Positions 1 through 9,598 are shown, counted from the stretch's first letter. The stretch: DNA of 28,984 bases from a bacterium (GCA_044869275.1 JBIOXB010000098.1:1-28984); one strand, 5' to 3'. Translations and numbers: made by a program. The notes: generated from the letters alone by a model not told the origin.

Positions 1-84
1 TTGGCTCAAGCGCTGAACAAAACTGCAAAGATCATCGATGAATGGATAAAACGCGCGATGATTGCAGTCCCAGCGACGGTCTAA
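1..84 (+). CDS. 3' end of an upstream ORF, possibly HicB-like
   Basis: Frame 1 is open from the window edge (LAQALNKTAKIIDEWIKRAMIAVPATV*). It resembles the 'ALANA..II.EWIE.A' helix of HicB-family proteins; only 27 aa are visible. Confidence 0.3.
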   Translation: MAQALNKTAKIIDEWIKRAMIAVPATV

Positions 85-128
85 TAACTTGCTCTGTTTG
101 TAAAGAATTTTGATTCCAAAATTCTCAA

Positions 129-328
129 TTTGTCATCCCGAAACTTCGGGATCTTCCCTAAGTTTGTGTGCAAGCCTCGTGGGAAGATTCAGACTGTGTG
201 AAAACCAAAAAGCGTGTCACCCTGAGCGTGGTCGAAGGGTGCTAAGCTCAATATTCAGGCTTCGCCTTCGCTCAGCCTGACTTCGAAACAGACGTTTTCA
301 CACAGTCTGATTCCTGCAGAATGACAAA
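129..328. repeat. GTCAT-type palindromic (REP-like) element, interrupted by an insertion
   Basis: Left arm TTTGTCATCCCGAAACTTCGGGATCTTCCC (129-158). After removing 190-312 the right arm reads GGGAAGATTCCTGCAGAATGACAAA, an imperfect inverse of the left arm. Confidence 0.65.
190..309. mobile_element. 120-bp MITE-like element with 16-bp perfect TIRs and 3-bp ATT target duplication
   Basis: CAGACTGTGTGAAAAC (190-205) and GTTTTCACACAGTCTG (294-309); ATT at 187-189 and 310-312. Internal REP-like arms lie at 216-237 and 260-281. Confidence 0.7.
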
Positions 329-401
329 AAGTAGGGGCTTTTTTAGCCAACTTAACATTGTCAAATTAGTTTTTCAAACCAAAGTACAGGAGAAGTATAA
401 A

Positions 402-3400
402 ATGAAGCGCAAGAATTTACAATTATCAATGTGTTTCAGTGCGCTGCTTCTGCCTGGTCTTCTTGGGGCAGGAGCCGCATCCGGACCTTCGTCGTCAAGG
501 ACGACGCCTGTGGCACCGCCAGCATCAGTGACTCTCGAGCAGGTGAGGAACGGCACGCCGGGCTCACCCGTGACTCCGGGTAATTGGCAAAACGGAAACT
601 TGGGAGCGTCACAATCCCACTACCTCGAAGGCCATTCGGCGCCCTACCGCGTGGTCATGACCAATCTGCCGACGGGAACGCCGATCACGCTCACTATCGG
701 TTATGACATTAGAAACAGCGGCAAGCATGCGCTTGACTATCTGACGCATTACAACCGTCTCGAGCCGCATACTTTTGGGCCACACAACACGGCAGAGGAG
801 ATAAATCCGACGCTCGGCGTTTCAGGCATCCTCGGCTCGCCGAGTACGCTTCCGATTCCGGCTCCAAGCTCGGCCGGATCACCAATCCCAGTCCCACTCC
901 CCGGCCAGCCTACGAAAAGCTTTAACGAGCTCCCCGCCTCTGAGAGAATGATGGCGCTCTGGAACGGTACGATCACCAATATTGTATATACAACCCAGGG
1001 TAGTCTGACCGCGAACCAATCAGAAACGCAGATTACCGTGACCTTTACAGTTGACTGGCCAACGGCAGTGCTGGCGTGGGGTGGTCACATTGCCAGCGCC
1101 GAGGTTTGGGGCCCAGGCAATGCCGCCGGCGGCATCTCCGGTTCTCCTTATCACATGCGGTTGATCGGCTGGAATCTCGGTAACCTGGGCAACCAGGATC
1201 GCTCGCTTTCTGCAGGAGCCGTATGTGCGGTTCCCAACGCGGCTGACCTCCTCCCCCAGACTGTGTGCAAAGGTACTTCTGCAACTTTCACCACCACCGC
1301 TTCAGGCACCGGCACCCTGACCTACCAGTGGACGCTTGACGGCATCAGCATCGGCACCAATGCGCCAAGTGTGACGATTCCCACTTCAGCCCTTGAGGCG
1401 AAACCGTATGATGTGTGCGTGAAGGTTACCAGCAACAGTGATTGCGGTGTCGAGGGTGAAACCGTATGTACGAAGCTCACGGTAGTTGAGGTTGCCGCTA
1501 CGGCAGTGGCGACCAGCGCCTCATGCTTTGGCGGCAACGGTGCGGTGAATCTGACGGTGAGTGGCGGCACGACACCGTATACTTTCGCTTGGTCAAATAG
1601 TGCGACCACGGAAGATTTGGCCAGCGTTCCGGCCGGCACTTATACTGTCACCGTTACGGATGCCAACGGCTGCACCGCGACTGCAACTGCCACGGTTACT
1701 GCACCCCCGCAGTTACTGGCGAGCGCGGCCGCAACGAATGCCTTGTGCTTTGGCGGCAACGGTGCGGTGAATCTGACGGTGAGTGGCGGCACGACGCCGT
1801 ATACCTTCGCTTGGTCAAATAGTGCGACCACGGAAGATTTGGCCGGCGTTCCGGCCGGCACTTATACTGTCACCGTTACGGATGCCAACGGCTGCACCGC
1901 GACTGCGAGTGCCACAGTCGGTCAACCCGCGGAATTGTCGTTAAGCTTGGAAAAGACGGACGTGACCTGTCACGGCGCCAACAATGGAACTATCACGGCG
2001 ACGATTGGTGGTGGCACCGGTTCCTACTTGATCAACCTCGATGGCGGAGCATTTGTCCCGGCAGCCTCGTCGCATACCTTTGTGAATGTCGCTGCGGGTC
2101 AGCATATAGTGACGGTAAAGAATGGTACGTTTGCCACGGCAACCTCGCCGTACACCTTTATGAATGTCGGTCCGAGTTCGCATACGGTGACGGTGAAGAA
2201 CTGGCCATTAGCCACAGCAACTACGCCGCGCACCCTTGTAAATGACGGTCCGGGTTCGCATCAGGTGACGGTGAAGAATGGGTCATTTACCACAGCAACT
2301 TCGCCTCGCACCTTTGTGAATGACGGTCCGGATTCGCAGACGGTGACGGTGAAGAATCAGGCACTTGCCAAGGCAACTTCGCCGCACACCTTTCAAAACG
2401 CCGGAACGGGTTCGCACACGGTGACGCCGACGAACGGCGATGAGTGTTCAAAGAGCGCATTGATCACCATCTTCCAACCGAACGCTCTCGCGTCAACCGA
2501 GACACATCAGAACGTGACGTGCAACGGCGGCAACAATGGTGCGATTAATCTGACCGTCAGCGGCGGGACCTCGCCATACACGTTCGCATGGTCGAACGGC
2601 GCAACGACTGAGGATATTTCCGGTGTGGCCGCTGGTACCTATACCGTCACGGTGACAGATGCGAAAGCCTGCAAGACAAACCGGAGCGTGACGATCACAC
2701 AGCCTGCGCCCATAACCTGCACATTGTCTCCGCCGAGCCAGCTTCCTGTGTGCGGCTCGAGCGGTAACAAACTAAGCGCAGCAGCAGGTTTTACGAACTA
2801 TGAATGGTCGCTCGACCCGGTCGCGCTTGCCGCCGGCTGGAGTATCACAGATGGGCAAGGGACGAACACCATCACCTACACCGCGGGCGGTTCCGGTCCG
2901 GCGACCTTCTCGGTGACTGTAACCGACGCCACTAGCTGCCCAGGGACTTGCGAGACTTCGTTTTCATGCACGCCGAATTTGTGTGAAGCGAAATATGCGT
3001 ATTGCCTTTCGGACGAGGATCCCGAGCAATTGACCCGTATTCGTATGGATGTAACGCCGCCCGTCAAAACCGTGGTCGTCAATAGGATCATTTATCGCGG
3101 CTCCGCTTACGCGGGCCGTCCCCCGCTCGCTGGTTTCGAGCTTGGCAAGCCGATTGGCAGTGATACCGAAGCGATGGCCCGTAATGGCAACACGGGAACC
3201 ACTTACATCATTTCGAACACGAAGGACGTATCGGCCTTGTTCAAGTTGAATTTGCAAACCGGCAATGCGTATAGCGTCGGGTACACCCGCACCAGCTCTG
3301 GCGTCGGTATTTTCGATATCAACGCGTTGGCGTTCAACGACCAGACCAATGTGCTGTACGGCATCGATGACCATAACGACCGCTTGCTGAGGATCGACAC

Positions 3401-4100
3401 CACCACGGCCAGTGTGATCGTGTCTCAACTAAAGATCACCAGCGGGGATCCCGATCTCGAGTGCGCTTCCTTCGACCACTCGGTGCCTCAGGCGCAACTG
3501 TATGTGCTCTGCCAAGATAATAATGGACAAATCTTCAACGTCAACACGAGCAACGGTGTTGGTACGCCGGTCGGCCACACCATCGAGGGAATGGAGACAA
3601 TTGAATTCAGCAAGGACGGCAGGTTGTTTGCGTGCAACCATGCAGGCAGCCTTTACCAAATCAACCGCACGACCTATGTGGCAAGCGTGTTCGCTCTCAT
3701 CCCGGAGCTTGACGGCGAGGGCTTGGTCTTCGACGAATGCTCCCGTGTTTTGTCAAATTCCATGATTGCTAGCGATGAGCAATCTGAAACGAAGCAGGCC
3801 GAAGATCTGGCTCCGGTGCCAAAAGACTTCGCTTTGCATCAAAACTATCCCAATCCGTTCAACCCCACGACCCGGTTGCAGTTTGATCTGCCGGAAGCTG
3901 GAGTTGTGAGAATAGCCATCTACGACCTAGCGGGAAATCTGGTTCGCACCGTGGTCGCTGGTGAATATGCCGCCGGCCAACATCACATCACCTGGGATGC
4001 CACCGATGAGCAGGGGATGAAGGTTGGAAGTGGGATTTATTTCTGCCGCTTTGAATCCAACCATTTTGTGGCGGTGAGGAAGATGGTTTTGGCGAAATAG
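402..4100 (+). CDS. Large secreted protein with SprB-type Ig repeats, probable beta-propeller region and C-terminal FlgD-Ig/T9SS-type A sorting domain
   Basis: AGGAG at 388-392 before ATG 402; signal peptide MKRKNLQLSMCFSALLL...; repeats C.GGNGAVNLTVSGGT.PYTFAWSN...DL..VPAGTYTVTVTDANGC; C-terminal FALHQNYPNPFNPTT...GIYFCR...KMVLAK. Confidence 0.85.
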   Translation: MKRKNLQLSMCFSALLLPGLLGAGAASGPSSSRTTPVAPPASVTLEQVRNGTPGSPVTPGNWQNGNLGASQSHYLEGHSAPYRVVMTNLPTGTPITLTIGYDIRNSGKHALDYLTHYNRLEPHTFGPHNTAEEINPTLGVSGILGSPSTLPIPAPSSAGSPIPVPLPGQPTKSFNELPASERMMALWNGTITNIVYTTQGSLTANQSETQITVTFTVDWPTAVLAWGGHIASAEVWGPGNAAGGISGSPYHMRLIGWNLGNLGNQDRSLSAGAVCAVPNAADLLPQTVCKGTSATFTTTASGTGTLTYQWTLDGISIGTNAPSVTIPTSALEAKPYDVCVKVTSNSDCGVEGETVCTKLTVVEVAATAVATSASCFGGNGAVNLTVSGGTTPYTFAWSNSATTEDLASVPAGTYTVTVTDANGCTATATATVTAPPQLLASAAATNALCFGGNGAVNLTVSGGTTPYTFAWSNSATTEDLAGVPAGTYTVTVTDANGCTATASATVGQPAELSLSLEKTDVTCHGANNGTITATIGGGTGSYLINLDGGAFVPAASSHTFVNVAAGQHIVTVKNGTFATATSPYTFMNVGPSSHTVTVKNWPLATATTPRTLVNDGPGSHQVTVKNGSFTTATSPRTFVNDGPDSQTVTVKNQALAKATSPHTFQNAGTGSHTVTPTNGDECSKSALITIFQPNALASTETHQNVTCNGGNNGAINLTVSGGTSPYTFAWSNGATTEDISGVAAGTYTVTVTDAKACKTNRSVTITQPAPITCTLSPPSQLPVCGSSGNKLSAAAGFTNYEWSLDPVALAAGWSITDGQGTNTITYTAGGSGPATFSVTVTDATSCPGTCETSFSCTPNLCEAKYAYCLSDEDPEQLTRIRMDVTPPVKTVVVNRIIYRGSAYAGRPPLAGFELGKPIGSDTEAMARNGNTGTTYIISNTKDVSALFKLNLQTGNAYSVGYTRTSSGVGIFDINALAFNDQTNVLYGIDDHNDRLLRIDTTTASVIVSQLKITSGDPDLECASFDHSVPQAQLYVLCQDNNGQIFNVNTSNGVGTPVGHTIEGMETIEFSKDGRLFACNHAGSLYQINRTTYVASVFALIPELDGEGLVFDECSRVLSNSMIASDEQSETKQAEDLAPVPKDFALHQNYPNPFNPTTRLQFDLPEAGVVRIAIYDLAGNLVRTVVAGEYAAGQHHITWDATDEQGMKVGSGIYFCRFESNHFVAVRKMVLAK
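1524..1906 (+). repeat. Near-identical 161-bp intragenic direct repeat (period 222 nt, one SprB unit)
   Basis: 1524-1684 vs 1746-1906; three transition differences seen. Confidence 0.9.
2046..2435 (+). repeat. Five tandem 78-nt (26-aa) repeats inside an Ig domain
   Basis: GTGACG (VT of VTVKN) recurs at 2109, 2187, 2265, 2343 and 2421; unit ~ATSP.TFVN.GP.SH.VTVKN. Confidence 0.85.
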
Positions 4101-4106
4101 GGTCAT

Positions 4107-4143
4107 TTGGTCGGCCGGTCGCTCGACGCAATCGGCCGGCCAA
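4107..4143 (+). terminator. GC-rich hairpin after the first large CDS
   Basis: TTGGTCGGCCGGTCGC...GCAATCGGCCGGCCAA stem with G-U pairs; no clear U tract. Confidence 0.4.
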
Positions 4144-4387
4144 TATCTAGCGGTCTTTACTTGGGGGAATGGTATTTTTATTTTGGTAATCCGCAGGAAT
4201 CTTCTCATGCATTTGCGAGAACGCCGTCTTCGAAGCAGTAGTGCATGGATTGGGGAAGATTCCACAAAAACGCGTCCACCCTGACCAGTTCAAGAGAGGA
4301 GGCGATGCGCAATGATTGACGAACCTTGCCATGCTAATGTTGAGCTTCAGACCCGTTCAAACCTTTAGTCGCCGAGGGAGTATGCGT

Positions 4388-7300
4388 ATGCAGCGGAAAT
4401 TTGTAGTTCCAATTTTGACGGTTTCTCTTTGCGGTTTGGGACTTCTTTCTGCGCCTGACGCCAAAAGGAAGACCCTGGACGCCAAGACTAAGATTCAGAA
4501 GTTCGTATCCAAGCAAGACGTCGAGCGTTTTCAAATCACCTCACTCGAGACGGATGAAACTGCAATCACGGCGATCTCCTCAAAATCCAAATCCCATCAA
4601 ACAACAGATTCACGCCAAGATGTCGTTTTTTTCGATGACTTCGAAGGAGGGCAAGGACGATGGCAAAGCGGGGCGACGTGGGGCATACGAACGACCCCAG
4701 AGGGCCCGGTCGACGAAGACCGCAGCGATTGGGAATTGGCCATCAACAACTTCCACAGCACCGCTACCAGTTGGCATGAGACCAATGTGACCTCGCTGAA
4801 CACGGATATGCTGATGTCTCCGGGCATGTTCATTCCCGCGCAAATTGAAGGCGGCCAGCCCTTGGACCGCCTATCCTTGGATTTTTGGCTTGACTGGGAC
4901 GCAGTCCTACCAACGAGCCGATTATACGTGTTTTTTGGGCTTGACACCTCATTGTGGGCGTTCGATGCCAATGACCCTGGCGCTGGCACCAGCAGTTGGG
5001 CTGCGCATAATCCGCGTGTTCCGCCATTCGACGTTTTCAGTAGGCAATTCCTGACGACTCCCGAGATTGATCTGACCAGCGCCCAAACACCAATTACCTT
5101 GAGCTTCCTCTACAAATCGATCTCCAAGCCGGAATTTGACTATAACAAGGCCGATGTCTTCACCTCGGATGATGATTTTGTGAGCTACCGTACTGTAGCG
5201 TCCTTTGATGGCCTTCACGGCAGCGCGAGAGGAGGCACGGCAATTTGGACCAGTCACAGTGTGAGCCTGAACGCTTATGCGGGCAAAGTCATCAAGATTC
5301 GGTTCAGTGCAAACGGAGACTACCTAACTGCCCAAACCGGCGCTATTTTCGCCTTGGACAACATCCTCGTCCGAGATGCCATAAGCATATTCTTTAATGA
5401 CGACGGTGGGGAAAGCGGCGAGTCTAGCATGGTCGCCGAGGGCTTCGCGCCTGGCAACGCAGTAGCGTCAGATGTAGGCATCGCCAATCCCACTCCGAAC
5501 TGGATTAATGTTCAGGTTCCGGGCAACTTGTTGCTCACTGGCGGCGACGGTACGCTGGCTGTTGGAGACAGAGTGCGAATCGGAATCATGTTTGCCTATG
5601 ATCTGACCGGCGAAACGTCGACCGCACCGCCACCAGGGCGCGGTCTTTATATCGATGACGTCAATCTCGTCGGCGAAGGCATTCAAGACGATATTGCTGC
5701 CATAGATGTCAGTGTTCCGTTCCCGATGAGGGTGGGCGAGGCGCAAACATTTGCGTTGAACGTTTCGAATCTTGGCACGAACCCGCAAGCCAATGTGCAA
5801 TGGCAAGGAACGATTTTCAATAACGACACTGGCGCGCAGGTCGCTTCTGTCGCTGGCCGGCGGGCCGGCCCGATCGCCCCAGGCGGGACCGTAGCCATTC
5901 CCTCCGTGGATGCATGGACGCCCATGGCACCTGGCGTATACAGAATCACCGCGTACATCCACATGGGCAACGATGAAGGCCGCACAAACGACACCACCAG
6001 AGTGGCGACCGACGATCCGGACGGTGTTGGAGATGCGCGCTATTCTCCGTTCGTGGTGCATGACGGCAACGTGCTCTTCTCCTCCGCTTTGTGGGACGCC
6101 CCTGAAAGCCCGACGCCCGCTCAACTGCAAGCGCGTGGGTTCCAAGTCAACACCTCGAGATCAGATCCGGGTGTAGTGACCTGGCAAACCACAGCCTCCG
6201 CTTTGGTGCCATTCGTTAACTTAGATGTGGATTATTCTGGCGCCTACGTGCAATTCGATTCACTGGGGCGGCCACAAGATGAAGATCTGATTGTCCCCAA
6301 TCTCGATTTTAGTGGTGTGGCGTCTGACGCTTGGCTAACTTTTAAAGCACTAGGTGTGGGTGGCTTCGGTTTCACGCGTTTCTCGGTGGGAGTCAGCAAC
6401 AACGGCGGTACCAGTTGGAATGATGTTCCCGGCTCGGAACGCTTGCGCGGTATCGATCCAGAAACCGGTCAGAACTATGGTGACCCGGCCTTCCTCACGG
6501 CGGGCATGAGCCCCGCGGTTCTCGATATTACGCGCTGGGCGGCGGGCTATTCGAATGTCTGGATCCGCTTCCGGTATCAAGGCGTGAATGACGCTGACTG
6601 GACGATCTGGAGTGTCGCAGTGAGCGGCAAGGGTCTCCGCGCTGCCACCTTGTCCAGCGTCACCGACATCGGCGGCGATCAAGGCAAGCAAGTGCGCTTG
6701 AGCTGGACGCGCTCGCCGAATGATGGCGCTGTCGCCGGTGTGCCGATCACGCATTACGGCGTTTGGCGCAAGTTTGGGAGCGACGCCGGCGAAAGCCCAA
6801 CTGGCCGATTTATATCAGTGGAAAACCGCCGCGCGATGATTGACACCGATGTGCTGGCCTTGGTCCCAGGCACACGCTTCTACGACGCCAACTCCGCCCA
6901 GGCGTGGGATTTCATCGCCGCTGTGCTAGCTCATTCTGATCCTGACTATAACTATGTCGCGCCGACTTTGCAGGATGGCGTGTCGGCCTGCTTTATGATC
7001 TCCGCCCATACGGCCGACTCGCTAGTATTCGCCAATTCCAATGAGGCCTGTGGTACTTCAACCGATGATCTCGCGCCGAATGCGCCAACATTGAGCGGCG
7101 GGCAGCAGAGCGGGTTCGTACAACTGAGCTGGACTGAGCCAGACAATGAAGAGCCAGCCTCTTATTCCGTCTATCGTCGCTTGGCAGGCGCTCCCAGTTT
7201 CGGCGATCCGATCGCAACGGTGACTGGCTTGCAGTATCAGGATGGCAATATCCAGGCAAACACTTCATACGTGTATGCCATCAAGGCCAAAGATTATGCC

Positions 7301-7642
7301 GACAATGTCAGCGCCTTCTCGAACGAGCTTTCGGTTTTGATCACCGGCGTGGCTGATCGCCCGATTCTGGAAGTCCCAACGGAGTATGCCTTGGGCAACA
7401 ACTATCCCAATCCGTTCAATCCACAAACCACAATCGCGTTCGCTTTGCCGGTACGTGGTCACGTGAAGTTGGTCATCTTGAATTCAATCGGCCAGATAAT
7501 TGAAGTGCTGGTCGATCGCGAAATGCTTGCGGGTTATCATCAAGTCATGTGGAGCGCCAATGGGTATACTTCCGGTCTTTATTACTATCGCCTGACCGCC
7601 AACGACTTCTCGCAGTTCAAGAAGATGGTACTGGCGAAATAA
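4388..7642 (+). CDS. Large secreted multidomain protein (MAM/jelly-roll-like, CARDB-like Ig, FN3, C-terminal sorting domain)
   Basis: GAGGGAG at 4374-4380 favours ATG 4388 (or 4382); signal peptide; motifs FFDDFEGG, LTTPEIDL, GLYIDDV; FN3 LSWTEP...YSVYRR...YVYAIKAKD; C-terminal YALGNNYPNPFNPQT...KMVLAK. Confidence 0.8.
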   Translation: MQRKFVVPILTVSLCGLGLLSAPDAKRKTLDAKTKIQKFVSKQDVERFQITSLETDETAITAISSKSKSHQTTDSRQDVVFFDDFEGGQGRWQSGATWGIRTTPEGPVDEDRSDWELAINNFHSTATSWHETNVTSLNTDMLMSPGMFIPAQIEGGQPLDRLSLDFWLDWDAVLPTSRLYVFFGLDTSLWAFDANDPGAGTSSWAAHNPRVPPFDVFSRQFLTTPEIDLTSAQTPITLSFLYKSISKPEFDYNKADVFTSDDDFVSYRTVASFDGLHGSARGGTAIWTSHSVSLNAYAGKVIKIRFSANGDYLTAQTGAIFALDNILVRDAISIFFNDDGGESGESSMVAEGFAPGNAVASDVGIANPTPNWINVQVPGNLLLTGGDGTLAVGDRVRIGIMFAYDLTGETSTAPPPGRGLYIDDVNLVGEGIQDDIAAIDVSVPFPMRVGEAQTFALNVSNLGTNPQANVQWQGTIFNNDTGAQVASVAGRRAGPIAPGGTVAIPSVDAWTPMAPGVYRITAYIHMGNDEGRTNDTTRVATDDPDGVGDARYSPFVVHDGNVLFSSALWDAPESPTPAQLQARGFQVNTSRSDPGVVTWQTTASALVPFVNLDVDYSGAYVQFDSLGRPQDEDLIVPNLDFSGVASDAWLTFKALGVGGFGFTRFSVGVSNNGGTSWNDVPGSERLRGIDPETGQNYGDPAFLTAGMSPAVLDITRWAAGYSNVWIRFRYQGVNDADWTIWSVAVSGKGLRAATLSSVTDIGGDQGKQVRLSWTRSPNDGAVAGVPITHYGVWRKFGSDAGESPTGRFISVENRRAMIDTDVLALVPGTRFYDANSAQAWDFIAAVLAHSDPDYNYVAPTLQDGVSACFMISAHTADSLVFANSNEACGTSTDDLAPNAPTLSGGQQSGFVQLSWTEPDNEEPASYSVYRRLAGAPSFGDPIATVTGLQYQDGNIQANTSYVYAIKAKDYADNVSAFSNELSVLITGVADRPILEVPTEYALGNNYPNPFNPQTTIAFALPVRGHVKLVILNSIGQIIEVLVDREMLAGYHQVMWSANGYTSGLYYYRLTANDFSQFKKMVLAK

Positions 7643-7678
7643 GGTCCTTTGACCTGATCGAAAACAGGCAGAGGCAGC

Positions 7679-7715
7679 ATGCCACACACTTGCAACGGTG
7701 TGTGGCATTTTTTTT
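7679..7715 (+). terminator. Rho-independent terminator
   Basis: ATGCCACACAC / GTGTGTGGCAT 11-bp stem followed by a T run. Confidence 0.85.
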
Positions 7716-7728
7716 CTCTCCAGGCAAT

Positions 7729-7757
7729 TTGCATTTCTCTCCCGCCGGTATTATCTT
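7729..7757 (+). promoter_or_regulatory. Putative sigma70 promoter for the PKS-ACP genes
   Basis: TTGCAT (7729-7734), 17-nt spacer, TATCTT (7752-7757), just after the terminator. Confidence 0.45.
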
Positions 7758-7795
7758 GCCAGGCAGTTTATCGACTTCTCAATCTTCTACTGTAT

Positions 7796-8854
7796 ATGCG
7801 CTTCCTCAATGCCATCCTCACCGCCAACGTCGGCCATGAAATGGACAACGCCGTTTTGTGGCAGTTGTATGAGCCTTGTCTCTTGAAGCTTCCACTCGAA
7901 AAAAAAGCTCTTGAAGAGTTGCGCAGTTTCGTGCAATACAGCCTGGTGGGGCAGCGCACGCGTTATATGTTCGCCGACGACATGCACGACATGCAGGATT
8001 TTCAAAGCCGCGCCGCGTTGTTTCAAGCCGGCACGGAACAGGCGCTGGCCAAGCTGGCAGCACAAATCCAGCCGGTCGCTGAAGCGGCGGGCATCACTTT
8101 TGACGCGGTATTGACCACGACCTCCACCGGCAATTTAATGCCGGGCATCAGCTATCGCCTGGCGGCCCGGCTCAAGGGTATTATTCGCAGCGATAGCATG
8201 ATGCTCGATCTCGGGAATGTCGGCTGCACGGGCAGCAGCAAGGCGTTGAATCTCGCCCGCGCGCTCGATGATTCATTTAGAAATATTTTGATCGTGGCAG
8301 TGGAATTGCCCACGACTTTGCTCGACGTGACCTCGCCGCGCGCGGACATTTGGCAGGGCAACTGCACCTTCGGCGACGGTGCGGCCGCGGTTTGGGTTTC
8401 TGCTTCACCCCATCTTGGCGAAATGGCGCTGGCGCTGGAAGATTTGCATTATGCACATCAAGCCGATACCGGCTTGGATTTGATTCGCTGGGACTATCGC
8501 CGCTACTATACGTTCGCATTGGCGGATGAAAAAACTTTCAACAATGACGTGCGGCAATTCGTGATGCAGGCCCTGAGCACGACGCAAAACGGATGGCAGC
8601 ATGAGCCACGCTGGGCAATTCATCCCGCGGGCATCTCGCTGCTGGTGCGCATCGGCCGCAAACTGGGCATTCCTCAAGCTGCGCTGCAGGCTTCGCTCGA
8701 GCACTATCGCAAATATTCCAACATGAGCAGCGCGAGCTTGTTGTTCATTCTCAAAGAACTGGCGGCGGGCACGCCGGCCGGCGCCGCCATCAACTTGCTC
8801 ACCATGGGCGCGGGATTCAACGTCATTTATGGACGTGTGCGAAAGGAGAAATGA
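7796..8854 (+). CDS. Type III polyketide synthase (chalcone/stilbene synthase-like, thiolase fold)
   Basis: Cys-His-Asn triad contexts GNVGCTG, WAIHPAG and YSNMSSAS; TTSTG..MPG, AVEL, FGDGAAA, MGAGF. ATG 7796 chosen because the longer ORF start lies within the terminator. Confidence 0.85.
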   Translation: MRFLNAILTANVGHEMDNAVLWQLYEPCLLKLPLEKKALEELRSFVQYSLVGQRTRYMFADDMHDMQDFQSRAALFQAGTEQALAKLAAQIQPVAEAAGITFDAVLTTTSTGNLMPGISYRLAARLKGIIRSDSMMLDLGNVGCTGSSKALNLARALDDSFRNILIVAVELPTTLLDVTSPRADIWQGNCTFGDGAAAVWVSASPHLGEMALALEDLHYAHQADTGLDLIRWDYRRYYTFALADEKTFNNDVRQFVMQALSTTQNGWQHEPRWAIHPAGISLLVRIGRKLGIPQAALQASLEHYRKYSNMSSASLLFILKELAAGTPAGAAINLLTMGAGFNVIYGRVRKEK

Positions 8855-9133
8855 ATGGACGCCGATAAAATCATGGCGTTGATGCAAAAATATTTTTCCG
8901 AAAAAAGATCGCTCGACGCTGTGGAAAATTTGCACACGCAGCCCGTGACTTCACTGCTCATGGACAGCCTGGATGTGGTCGATTTTTTGATGTTTTTGGA
9001 AGACGAGTTGCAGCTAAAAACCGAGATCGATTTGACGCAATTCGGCCCAAGCTTGATGAACCGCAATTTTGGGGAATTGGCGGAGGAGGTTGCGAAGTGG
9101 TTGGCGGAGATGGAGGTGAGAGGACAGACGTGA
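8855..9133 (+). CDS. Acyl carrier protein
   Basis: Small acidic protein with the LLMDSLDVVDFL phosphopantetheine motif; AGGAG RBS; abuts the PKS stop. Confidence 0.8.
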   Translation: MDADKIMALMQKYFSEKRSLDAVENLHTQPVTSLLMDSLDVVDFLMFLEDELQLKTEIDLTQFGPSLMNRNFGELAEEVAKWLAEMEVRGQT

Positions 9134-9161
9134 GACGTGAGACGGCAGATGTGAGACGATG
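9113..9161. repeat. GACGTGA-family heptamer array (7 units) overlapping the ACP stop
   Basis: GAGGTGA GAGGACA GACGTGA GACGTGA GACGGCA GATGTGA GACGATG. Confidence 0.85.
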
Positions 9162-9241
9162 GAAGCGCAGAAGTGTTTCTTGAGCGCTGGTAGTCGTTCT
9201 CAGTACATCAAACTTCTAATCATATCAATTGGGAGGATGTC

Positions 9242-9598
9242 ATGCTTAAATTGAAACACAAACAACTGAAGGTGTGGCAGCAGGGGGTGGAATTTGTGAA
9301 GCTGATTTATCTGCTGACAGAGGCGTTCCCGAGCGGTGAGCGCTATGGCTTGACAGCTCAACTAAGAAGGGCGGCTGTTTCGGTTCCATCGAATATTGCC
9401 GAAGGCGCCGCACGGGTTTCTGGAAGAGAGCGAATACGCTTTTTTGAAATCGCCCGATCATCGCTGGTTGAAATCGATACACAAATGGAAATCGCCGCTG
9501 CGCTCAAATTCTGTTCGGCAAGAGATTGTGCGACACTGTCAGAACCCCTCAATCATCTGTTCGCCATGCTGTCGAGGTTGATGGTAAAAACGAGGTAG
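9242..9598 (+). CDS. Four helix bundle protein (23S rRNA intervening-sequence protein family, TIGR02436-like)
   Basis: LKVWQ...FPSGERYGLTAQLRRAAVSVPSNIAEG...RFFEIARSSLVEIDTQ signature; GGAGG RBS. Confidence 0.92.
   Translation: MLKLKHKQLKVWQQGVEFVKLIYLLTEAFPSGERYGLTAQLRRAAVSVPSNIAEGAARVSGRERIRFFEIARSSLVEIDTQMEIAAALKFCSARDCATLSEPLNHLFAMLSRLMVKTR

Noticed and set aside
321..401. Longer N-terminus for the first CDS
   Set aside because: ATG 321 lies inside the palindromic element; RBS and signal peptide fit ATG 402.
1524..1906. DGR template/variable repeat pair (given Avd-like genes nearby)
   Set aside because: Both copies are in-frame domains of one ORF. There are only 3 differences, one of them T/C, and no reverse transcriptase in the window.
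7679..7795. N-terminal extension of the PKS
   Set aside because: It overlaps the terminator and the predicted promoter.
9242..9598. 23S rRNA gene around the IVP-family genes
   Set aside because: Flanks are protein-coding and no rRNA-like sequence was seen here or at 15981-16370.
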